Position numbers and translations under genes: made by a program. Of a DNA stretch of 57,760 nt, positions 9,503-18,600 are shown in pieces. A model generated the notes under the pieces. That model ran no database searches and was not told the DNA's origin. It saw only the letters and a program-made list of their open reading frames with translations. Within the stretch, counting starts at the first letter, position 1; every line of letters begins with the position of its first letter. Source of the DNA: a virus (Duplodnaviria; Caudoviricetes). The stretch is taken from positions 1 through 57,760 of the IMG/VR virus record IMGVR_UViG_3300006793_000033; one strand, written 5' to 3'.

Positions 9503-11860
9503 ATGCCTTACGAGAACATTCCAGGTGTCAAGGCAACATATCTAGATGGCGCGTTTAAGATTCCAAGCGCATCCTCTCAGCCCAAGATTCTTGTGGTTGG
9601 CCCAGCATCGTCTGGTCTGACTAACGAGATCTACAATGTATCAAACATTGCTGTCGCTGAGAAGGAGTTTGGATCCGGTACTGAAGTACTGCGTGCCGTC
9701 CATGAGTGTGTTGCTCAGGGCGCCGACAACCTTGCGATCATCCGAAGTGGTGGTCAGGAAGGAAACTGGGTCTTCACTGATTCTGATTCCAACACTCTGA
9801 CTGTCACTCCAAGCTATCGCGATGACGACATTCTTGGACGCTACGCTCTCTTCATTGAGAACGACGGCTCCAGCAATCGATACATGGTCTATGACCTAAC
9901 AGACGAAGAGTGGGTATACGACTCTGACGAGACTCTCATCCTAGATGAAGGAATCGTTACGGTTGAGGACTCAGGCATCGACCTGTTCTCCCTCTTCGAC
10001 AAGGATGACATCCCATCTGCAGATGCACTAGACACTGTAGGAACTAGTGACTTCACTGCTGACGGCACTGCAACAGCTCTTTCTGTTGTGGATACCGAAG
10101 GTACTGACGGCATCACTGTCAGCCGCGCCGAGCGCTACGCTGCGCTCAACGCTACATACCACCTGCTAGACTACCGTGACGCCGATATGGTCGTTCCCAC
10201 GGACGTCTATGTTGACGATGCGAACGTCACTGACGACACCAACTTCGATGCAGCAGGAACAGGTAGCACCGACGCTGAGCAATACGGTTACTACTGGAAG
10301 GGTGTACCCGAAGCAGCTTCTGCCGAAGACGCTCTAGGCTTCAGCTGGGAGTACCGCTACAAGGGTAGAGTCTTCAACTACATGACCGATGTCGAGGATT
10401 ACTTCGACGGAACTGACACAGCAGCATCGCTTGCTATTCAGACTGACTTGGTCATCACAGCATCCAAGGTTGGTAAGGGCGGAAACGGTGTAACCGTTGA
10501 AATCGTCACTACTGGTTCTGGTGGTGTTGACGTTGAAATCACTGAGACCGATCACGGTATCGACATCTGGATTGAAGTCGACGGCACTGCTGATACTCTT
10601 GGAGATATCGAGACACAGCTCGCTATCGACTTTGCTGCCAAGACTCTTCGCAGCGGCGTGCTAGTTAGCGCTCTTCTGGGTGAAAGCTCCAGTGCCTCCG
10701 CTACTGTCGCTACTGCTCTTGCCAAGACCAACCTCGCTGGTGGTGGCGGTGGTGCGGTCCTAACTCACCAGGACCTAACTGGTGAGACTATTCCTACTGC
10801 CGTTAGCACTCTCTGGACTGCTGGTGCAGATGTCGAGCTTCGCGAAGTTAACTTTGCTCACCAGCTCGCTACCTTCTGCTATGTTGCTTCTACGAACTGG
10901 AGCACTATGGTTGGATCCCTGAGTTTCAAGGCTCCAACAGAAGGTTACAGTCGCTCCAAGATCGCTGACTGGATTGGTGTTGCGCCAACCCTGACCGACG
11001 ACGGCACTGACGTGTACATCGACAGCCCCTCCGACAACGGAAGTGGTGTTCTGGGACACAAGCTGATTGCTGGTTTCTCGAAGACCAGTGATGGTTATCG
11101 TTCTGCTGAAGTCGATGGTGGAAACTCCACTGACGGTTACGCATACGGTGGTCTCATTCTTACCAATGGAGCAAGTCTCCCAAATGGTACTGACTGGCCC
11201 TACGGCATTAGCGATGCAGACGAAGCTACTGATGCAGGCGGTAAGGCCGTTGATATCGGTAAGCATGTGTTTGTCAGCTACGATTGGCCCATCCTGAAGA
11301 ACGCGTACGACGGTGGTAGTAGTTACCGTGGCGCAATCCCAGGCACCTACTTCGGAAAGGTGGCAACTATGCCAGAAAACGAAGAGCCAATCGGTATCAA
11401 CGGAATCCTGAAGAAGACTCAGTCTCCAACCAGAGTTCACAGCACTCAGATCAATGACCTTGCAGGTCAGCGCATCATCGGCATTCGCCGTGATGATACT
11501 TCTGGTACTTTGATTCTGACCACTGCAAAGACTGCGGCTCACCCAGATTCCGACTACACCCGTCTGTCTACGATTCGCTGTGTGAATCGTATGCTAGCCG
11601 GCATCCGAAACCTGGCTAGGCCTTACATTGGTAAGGACTTCAGCGCTCAGCGCCTAGCTTCACTGCAGTCTGCAATTGATGCGTTCATCGTATCTGAGCA
11701 GGGCAGCGGCATGCACCAAGGTGCAAAGGCCAGGATCGAATACAGTCGTGAGGACAAGATCATGGGACGTCTCAAGATCAAGCTCCGCATGATCCCACCC
11801 TTCAGCATTGAATCCATCACTGTTGAAACAAGCCTTGCTGCGGACGAGTCCGAACTCTGA
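9503..11860 (+). CDS. Contractile tail sheath protein
   Basis: RBS AGGAGG; N-terminal 'NIPGV', 'AEKEFGSG', and the C-terminal sheath signature 'SDYTRLSTIRCVN...RPYIGK...IKLRMIPPFSIESITV'; 785 aa. Confidence 0.9.
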   Translation: MPYENIPGVKATYLDGAFKIPSASSQPKILVVGPASSGLTNEIYNVSNIAVAEKEFGSGTEVLRAVHECVAQGADNLAIIRSGGQEGNWVFTDSDSNTLTVTPSYRDDDILGRYALFIENDGSSNRYMVYDLTDEEWVYDSDETLILDEGIVTVEDSGIDLFSLFDKDDIPSADALDTVGTSDFTADGTATALSVVDTEGTDGITVSRAERYAALNATYHLLDYRDADMVVPTDVYVDDANVTDDTNFDAAGTGSTDAEQYGYYWKGVPEAASAEDALGFSWEYRYKGRVFNYMTDVEDYFDGTDTAASLAIQTDLVITASKVGKGGNGVTVEIVTTGSGGVDVEITETDHGIDIWIEVDGTADTLGDIETQLAIDFAAKTLRSGVLVSALLGESSSASATVATALAKTNLAGGGGGAVLTHQDLTGETIPTAVSTLWTAGADVELREVNFAHQLATFCYVASTNWSTMVGSLSFKAPTEGYSRSKIADWIGVAPTLTDDGTDVYIDSPSDNGSGVLGHKLIAGFSKTSDGYRSAEVDGGNSTDGYAYGGLILTNGASLPNGTDWPYGISDADEATDAGGKAVDIGKHVFVSYDWPILKNAYDGGSSYRGAIPGTYFGKVATMPENEEPIGINGILKKTQSPTRVHSTQINDLAGQRIIGIRRDDTSGTLILTTAKTAAHPDSDYTRLSTIRCVNRMLAGIRNLARPYIGKDFSAQRLASLQSAIDAFIVSEQGSGMHQGAKARIEYSREDKIMGRLKIKLRMIPPFSIESITVETSLAADESEL

Positions 11861-11881
11861 TTCGAGCAAAAGGAGTAATCA

Positions 11882-12523
11882 ATGTCAACATCACTAGAAC
11901 TTAGTCGTACCTACACTAGCTTTTCCGGTGTGGATATCCGTGCAGTCATCGGAGGCGAATCGATTGGGCAACTACAGGCTATTTCTTACGCTGTTCAGCG
12001 TGAGAAGGCACCCATCTATGTGATGGGAAGCGTAGATCCTCTTTCGTTCTCTCGTGGCAAGCGTGGTATCGCCGGTACCATCATCACCTTGATGCTAGAT
12101 CAGCATGTCCTCTTTGGACAGCCATTCAGCGATATGACCTTTATCGCTGACAAGGATGAGATCTATCCGAACATCTCGGATTTGAATGACGCAACAGACA
12201 ATGATCTGTCGTCACTCGACCCATCCTTCACATTCGATCCCACGAATGTGGCTGATGCATACCAGGCTTCACAGGCCTGGTATGTGGACCAGCTGCCACC
12301 GTTCGACGTCGTTATCGTCGCTGCGAACGAGTATGGTCAGGCTGCTTCCATGCGCATCTACGGTGTAGAGATCCTCAACGAAGGCTCTGGATTCTCAATC
12401 GATGACATGGTCATCGAGAACCAGATGACTTACGTCTGCCGCACCATTCTGCCTTGGCAGAAGCTTGGTAGCTGGGACGTTAGTTCGGACGGTTTCCTAA
12501 CCAGCGCATTCACTTCCGCCTAA
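11882..12523 (+). CDS. Tail tube protein
   Basis: Directly after the sheath, RBS AAGGAG; 'YTSFSGVDI...LQAISY...SRGKRGIAGT...LPPFDV...IYGVEILNEG...SIDD' pattern; followed by a hairpin. Confidence 0.75.
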   Translation: MSTSLELSRTYTSFSGVDIRAVIGGESIGQLQAISYAVQREKAPIYVMGSVDPLSFSRGKRGIAGTIITLMLDQHVLFGQPFSDMTFIADKDEIYPNISDLNDATDNDLSSLDPSFTFDPTNVADAYQASQAWYVDQLPPFDVVIVAANEYGQAASMRIYGVEILNEGSGFSIDDMVIENQMTYVCRTILPWQKLGSWDVSSDGFLTSAFTSA

Positions 12524-12558
12524 GCGGATAGCATAAACAGTACTCTACCTGTTACACT

Positions 12559-12598
12559 GTGGCCAGGTCTCTTCGGGGAGGCCTGGCCACTTTCATTC
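12559..12598 (+). terminator. Stem-loop/intrinsic terminator after the tail tube gene
   Basis: GTGGCCAGGTCTC-TTCGGG-GAGGCCTGGCCAC 13-bp stem (12559-12590) followed by TTTCATTC. Confidence 0.7.
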
Positions 12599-12611
12599 AC
12601 GAGGGGTGCGC

Positions 12612-13463
12612 ATGGGCATCTTTGAAAAGCAGCCGGTCAATCCTTCGACTGGCAGACAGTACAAGTATTCCTTCTCTGGTGCTGATGCTAAGGTTTTGGT
12701 TTGGTTTCAGCAAACCCCGCACCTCATCCGTCCGCTAGAGTCAGTTCATACTCTTAGTGTTTCAGTACATGAGGCCAAGGGTCAGGCGCGTGCGCTAGGC
12801 CACAGAGGTATTAGAGGGCTATCGCGTGGCGTCAGGACTATTGCTGGATCCTTGATCATGACGGTCATCAACGACCACCCACTCAGGGCACTTCATGATC
12901 AGTACAACGAAGCTTTTATTGCGGGGGGTTATCGTGAACCAACTCCAGGCTGGTCCTTGGATCGCCATCGAATTGGCGTAGGAACGCTGTTCAATAACTA
13001 CTCCTACAACAACCGACTATCTACGTTGCTTCCGCCTTTCAATGTGGCGTTGCAGTTCGTGTCCGAGGGTGGCCCACCGTTCAGAGACTACAACAGCGAT
13101 CCTGCACTAAGCAGCATTGCAGAGCATGCCGAGGGTGCCGGAGCAATGATTGTTGGCATGGAGTTCCTAGATGAAGGCCACGTCACTTCCGTACAGGATA
13201 TCGTAACCGAGATCACCTTCTCCTTCATCGCCCATGACTACAAGCCACTGTCCTACTTCTCTGCCGACGCCGACGCCACGGTCCCCCCTCCCACGCCCGT
13301 GGTGGATTTGACAGAACACGATGCGCTCATGAGGGACCTGTTCTACGACAATGTCGGAGCCGTCAGCAAAGAGTCGCCGCTAACAACTCTCGAAGAAGGT
13401 TTGGCGCGCGCAGTCGGTCTTGAGCCTACAATTGTAAATTTCTTTGGAACTGACGAGCTATGA
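12612..13463 (+). CDS. Tail tube-like protein, paralogue 2 (tube initiator/baseplate-tube junction candidate)
   Basis: 'YSFSGAD...SRGVRTIAGSL...LPPFNV...GMEFLDEG...SVQD' aligns by eye with the tube protein; ATG 12612 after GAGGGG. Confidence 0.65.
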   Translation: MGIFEKQPVNPSTGRQYKYSFSGADAKVLVWFQQTPHLIRPLESVHTLSVSVHEAKGQARALGHRGIRGLSRGVRTIAGSLIMTVINDHPLRALHDQYNEAFIAGGYREPTPGWSLDRHRIGVGTLFNNYSYNNRLSTLLPPFNVALQFVSEGGPPFRDYNSDPALSSIAEHAEGAGAMIVGMEFLDEGHVTSVQDIVTEITFSFIAHDYKPLSYFSADADATVPPPTPVVDLTEHDALMRDLFYDNVGAVSKESPLTTLEEGLARAVGLEPTIVNFFGTDEL

Positions 13464-14149
13464 GTATGTACGGATTCGAGTACTTTTGTGGCGCCAATGT
13501 TGTTGTTTCTATCGAGGGGCTGCCCCTTCTGGAGGCAGCCGGTTTGCAATACCAAGTCGACGACACCAAGATCCCTATTTACGGGTACAGCAGTCGCCAC
13601 TATGATGCTGTGGCTGCGGGCCAAGTGATTGTAAGGGGTACTTTGTTGATCAATTACATTCACCAGGACTATTTGTTTCGAGCTGTGCAGCGCGGCCTTG
13701 GGCAGACGCTCTCTGAGACACCTGTCGACCCAGCGCCTATTGGCGCCAATGGGCAGCTTACAGACTTTGCTGCATTGTCCCAGCATGATGCCGCAGCCGC
13801 TGCCTTCATCGAAGACATGAAGCTTCAGTATTGGGCTAGTGAAACTCTTGCGAATCCAGGGCGGCACTTGAATCTTACGAGAAACCCTCACGACCTCCAC
13901 GGTGGAATCAATATTGCTGCTACTTTCGGAGCGCAAGATGCGATGAGACCAGCAGGTAAAACGGGACTACTGCTAGTAGATGTTCATTTTACAGGCAGGT
14001 CTTCCGTGATTAAGATTGATGAAGAAGTAATCGTCGAAGCATACCCATTTTTCGCTCGCGACGTCTTCTCAAGAAGGAACCCGTACAAAGAAAGTACGGT
14101 TGAAGCCCTCAGCGATGAGGCAACAGTATTTGCTGTTGAATCAAATTAA
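13460..14149 (+). CDS. Tail tube-like protein, paralogue 3
   Basis: 'EYFCGANV...PIYGYSS...GQVIVRGTLLINY...YPFFARD' is a more distant version of the tube pattern; ATGA coupled. Confidence 0.55.
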   Translation: MSMYGFEYFCGANVVVSIEGLPLLEAAGLQYQVDDTKIPIYGYSSRHYDAVAAGQVIVRGTLLINYIHQDYLFRAVQRGLGQTLSETPVDPAPIGANGQLTDFAALSQHDAAAAAFIEDMKLQYWASETLANPGRHLNLTRNPHDLHGGINIAATFGAQDAMRPAGKTGLLLVDVHFTGRSSVIKIDEEVIVEAYPFFARDVFSRRNPYKESTVEALSDEATVFAVESN

Positions 14150-14159
14150 GGAGCCTTAA

Positions 14160-14948
14160 ATGGCAGGTAGAGTAAAGAGTGACGAGATCCCCAGCCTCAA
14201 CCCCCGACAGTTGCAGGCACTAAAGTCTGCTGGCCCATCAGCAGACGACATCCTAGCAAACGTTGGCGCACTCAACGAAGAGATTGTTGAGCAAGCAGAA
14301 GCCAAGGGCGTTGAGCTAGCCAACCCCGAGCTAGAAGATATTACCATCCCTCAACAAGTCAAGGGGCAGATGGAACACGCAATCATGATTGACGAAGCCC
14401 CGGAGGCAGCAGTGCCCGCACCCAACAACCTTGATGCTATCAATGCAGAACTAGACAAGAAGCTCGCCGAGCAGCAAGCTCGCCGAGCAGCAGAAGCTCA
14501 AGCAGCTATTGCTGAAGCACCAGAGCCTGTAGAAGAGCAGGCTGAGATGTCTATTGAGGAGCAAGTACTTGAACTTCTAAAGAAGTCTGACGGCGCACCC
14601 TCTGAGGCACAAATCGCTGCATGGAAGGCAGAGTACGGAGCTGGTGGGGTTCAGGTCATGGCCCTGGGTGAAGGAGATGTCTATGTCTTTACGTACCTGC
14701 GTCGCAAGCACTTCCAAGGTATTCAAGCCGCAACAATTAAGCAATCTCAGATTGAAGGCATGGCCAAGGATCCAGAAGAGTACATGACTGAGCAAGTGCT
14801 AAAGGCATGCGTCCTGTGGCCTAAGCTCGATGTTAAGTTCTGGTACAACAGTCGCGCAGGTGTGATCCCAACCCTGTACAATTCCGTCATGCTTCACAGC
14901 TACCACCTGACCCCACAGCAGGCGATGGTTTTGACTGCTCAGCTCTGA
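14160..14948 (+). CDS. Putative tail assembly chaperone
   Basis: RBS AAGGAG; acidic disordered N-terminal half, then 'QIAAWKAEYG...YVFTYLRRKHF...CVLWP...AGVIPTL'; located between tube genes and the tape-measure position. Confidence 0.55.
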   Translation: MAGRVKSDEIPSLNPRQLQALKSAGPSADDILANVGALNEEIVEQAEAKGVELANPELEDITIPQQVKGQMEHAIMIDEAPEAAVPAPNNLDAINAELDKKLAEQQARRAAEAQAAIAEAPEPVEEQAEMSIEEQVLELLKKSDGAPSEAQIAAWKAEYGAGGVQVMALGEGDVYVFTYLRRKHFQGIQAATIKQSQIEGMAKDPEEYMTEQVLKACVLWPKLDVKFWYNSRAGVIPTLYNSVMLHSYHLTPQQAMVLTAQL

Positions 14949-14960
14949 TCTGGAGGGGTC

Positions 14961-15683
14961 GTGGATATCGATCTCCTGATTGAGAGCGATGGTCTTTTTG
15001 TTACGACTCTGCCCGATGGCATTTCATTTACGTGGCGTCTGCTGACACTCAAGGAATACCAAGTCTTCTCTTCTTTGAGAGACCAAGGTGTCTTTGGGTC
15101 TATGCAGATTCACAGTGAAGTGTTTGATCGTTGCTATGTTGGTGATGCTCGCGCAATTAATGGGAACTTGCCTGCCGGCACGTTCCTAAGTATTGGCGAG
15201 CTCATCATGTATCTTAGTGGCGACTCTGCGGGTGAAGAGCGACAGGAAATCGAGGCGGCACGTGCTGCTTACGCCGACACCTCAGTGACAGAGGTCATGA
15301 AGCGCATTGTGCTCATGGCTTTCAGCTCCTATACTCCGGATGTTTTTGAAACCTGGACTAGAGCTAAACTCCTTCGCACCTTTGTCATGGCAGAAGCCTT
15401 GCTCATGAACAGGTCTGAATATCAGCCGATTGACACTAGCAAAATCATGACTCCTGTCGAAGCTGCTAAAGCAGCGAAAAAAGGGCCGGTAGATTTTGCT
15501 GCTGAGAATCGCGAGTTCAGTCAGAAGGATGTCGGCGTCCAGCAGCACGCTTTGGATATGCATCCATCCGACCTTAAGAAGCGAGCCCAAAAGCAACAGA
15601 AGATCACTACCGCTCAAGCTAGGCGTCTTGATAGAATGGATGCAGACATTGAGCAAAGGAAGAGTCGTCGTAGGAGGCGCTGA
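14961..15683 (+). CDS. Second putative tail assembly chaperone
   Basis: GTG start after GGAGGGG; 'FTWRLLTLKEY...C...PAGTFLSI' echoes the previous gene; Arg-rich C-terminus; TGATG coupling to the next gene. Confidence 0.45.
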   Translation: MDIDLLIESDGLFVTTLPDGISFTWRLLTLKEYQVFSSLRDQGVFGSMQIHSEVFDRCYVGDARAINGNLPAGTFLSIGELIMYLSGDSAGEERQEIEAARAAYADTSVTEVMKRIVLMAFSSYTPDVFETWTRAKLLRTFVMAEALLMNRSEYQPIDTSKIMTPVEAAKAAKKGPVDFAAENREFSQKDVGVQQHALDMHPSDLKKRAQKQQKITTAQARRLDRMDADIEQRKSRRRRR

Positions 15684-18600
15684 TGCCAGGCAGGTCCTTT
15701 GGCGGTGTTACTTGGAACGACCAAGAAGCAACACCGTACCATTCAGCTAGTAGTCAGGCGACGTCCCTAGGCGTCGCCGCTGGTCTTGGTACGCTTGGCC
15801 TCTACGGTGCCACCAGGACGCTTGCAGATGGCGTTCGCCCGATTGACTACATTGCTGCTATTAGCCGGACAGCAGGAAACCTTTCGCCTTTCCAGCTCTT
15901 CAATACCTTCCGTGTACCCGAACTAGCTAGCCCTTTCACCTCGCTTAAGTATAAGACTGGCAACGAAGGTCTTGAAGGGGTCACTACCTGGAGTCGAGAT
16001 TTTCTCAAGAGTGAAAGCACTTACGAGTGGCTAAAGTACACTACTGGTAAGAGCGCTGCAGAGCTGCGTGCAGCTGGTATTGAGCCCGGAATGAAAGTAG
16101 GTGAAGCGGCAGCCGATGCTGTTGTTTGGACACAAAAAGGCACAAGAACTAGCGGAGAGCTACATTCTGTTGTAGGCGGCAAGCTGGATCCAAAGACAGG
16201 GCAGTGGACAGGAGGCACTCGACACCTACTTACTCGTGACGCCTCTCTCGTGGCAATGGGCCATGAGATCGTGAACCCGCTCACTCAAGAGCGGGGAATG
16301 AATCGTATTGCTGCCGGTATGCTTGATGCTGCCGATATGGGCAGCAGGACTCTTCCTGGTGGCAAGGAGTTTAACCACAAGGACCTCCTCGTGGGTGATG
16401 TATGGGATCCTGTTGGCCAGCGCATGAAGCGCCAGCAGGCGCCATTCATGTTTATGCCTTCCATGAGTGGGGCTATTCAAAGCGTAGCTGATTTGGGTCG
16501 CAGAACGAACTTCGTTCGCGGTATCGCAGCTTTCGAGATGGATCGATTCAATCGACTAGTCTCTGGAGTGTCCGAGCAATTCCTGGGTGACAAGGGAGGA
16601 AAAGCATTCCAGAAGATCCTTGGCGTTCAGCCTGGAGTACGATCAGGTCCTGCCAGCGCAATGCTAGCTCGCTTTGGTGGCCGAGCTGCTGCTGCTGGTG
16701 GTATCTACATGGGAGTCCAGCAAACGGACTGGATGCGCAGGAACTTTAGCCTTCCTGGTGAAATGGCAGCTAGCGGACTAGTCAGCGGAGGACTTGCTTA
16801 CGGTCTAGGTAAGCTGGGTACCAGCCCCAGGGCTGCTGCCATGGCTGGTGTTGCATCGTTCTTTGGCCAAATGGTTATGCCTGGGTTTGACCAAGGTGTG
16901 TTCCCTGGCCTTGCAACCACTGCGGTAAACCTTGACATTGCTCGCGCTAATGCTCTAAACCCATTCAACTACCTGCGCAGAACCCTTGAGGGGTTTGCTC
17001 CGGGAGTTACCGATTGGGAGACTGGTGCTCTGTTCGCTGCAGGGGCCCTGGGCGCTGCTTCCGTCCAAATGCCGGGCGGGCGGGGCACTGTAGCGCAAAT
17101 GCTGCTTCAAAGCCAGCATGAGCGACTGGGTCTTGTTGGCATTGATTCTGCGGCAGCAAAGCAGGTGGGGAGGGTCACGCAGGGGGTGCGACGTCGTTTC
17201 TGGGAGCGAGTATCTGACCTGGGTGTCGGAGGGCGCCCTCACTCGACGCTTCGGGAGCGTGCTGGACTCGTGAGAGATCTGCATGCAGAGTTCTCAGCCA
17301 AAGGAGATAGCATTGGATTCTTCCGCAACATGAACTCTCAGTGGTATGGAGCGGAACGTGATATTGAAAAGTATGCTAAAGCCAACCCTCTCAACGACGC
17401 CCTTGAGCGTCGTCTGCAACAGATCTCAAACAGGTATGCTGGCAACAATCTCGTAGACAGCGTCCAGCGTGAAGTTCGAGGTGCCTTCTCGCAAGCTTAT
17501 TACAGCTTCTTTGGCGCAGACCTGAGCGTAGACAAAGCTATGCGTCAGCGCATCCAGGACATGGGCTTCGGTGCAGTCCGCAGTGCAAAGGGAGGAATCA
17601 ATATTCCTACAGGCGTTGGGCGCTGGGGGCGCTGGGGATCTATTGGTGCTGCTGCGTTCGCTGCGCACGGATTGCTGACTGGCGGACTCCTTGGCTCCAA
17701 GGCCACTTCTGACGATCTTCGAGATACCTACTCTGGCAAGAAGCTCATTGCCGTAAAGAAGAGCAGATGGTGGGAAGCTGGAGGTACTCCATTCGAAGGT
17801 GGCGACGACGAATACTATCGCCCACACCAGTATCATCTGATGATGAATCGTTCTCGTGAAGCTGGTATCTGGGGACCTGACGAAGATGCTATCTCGCCTA
17901 TCGGGAAGTTCTTCAGGAAGAACTTCACGTACCAGCTAGAAGAGAGCCAGTACTGGAATCGCCCATACCCAATGAGCAGCGCAGCGTTTGCTGATGTTCC
18001 AATCATTGGTGGAGTGCTGGGAAGCACCATCGGCAAGCTAATCAAGCCTGCACGAGTAATGCACGCTGGTGAATGGATTCGTCCTGGCGAAGGTGGCTCT
18101 TTGGAGTACGCTTCCGTCTACCAGGGCAGTCGCAGAGAGCCAGCTATGGCGCTGGGCGCCCACCATGGTATCCCCCAAGACCCGTATGGTCTAGGGGCTC
18201 AGGCCTCCTATCTCTCCTACCAGTTCAGAGAACTAGAAGGTATGACTGGTTGGGCCAAGAACGTCATTCAACAGTCCATTACCGGAGAAGATGTCTGGGG
18301 TAGCGACAACCCCATGCTTGCTGACGCTTCGCTGATGAGTAGCGCGCGCGTAAAATTCTGGGAAGGCCAGATGGGTGGAGCGCTATTCACTAACGAGTTT
18401 GTTCGACGAATCCTCCCGAGGTACAGGAGTGAGATCGAACGAGTGAATCCGCTCGCAAACAATATGCCGAGCTGGCTGCCAGACAAGTTCCACTGGGGAG
18501 ACCCGTACCGTTCCGTGGAGTGGGGTGAGGCCCGCCTGCCTGGAGCAGGCTACGGCGCCCTGCATCCTGAGCTACGCGGCATGGACCCCGAAGCCTACCC

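Noticed and set aside
14900-14965. Programmed frameshift between the two tail chaperone genes (lambda G/GT style)
   Set aside because: No X-XXY-YYZ slippery heptamer is evident near the first stop, and the second gene has its own RBS (GGAGGGG) and GTG start.
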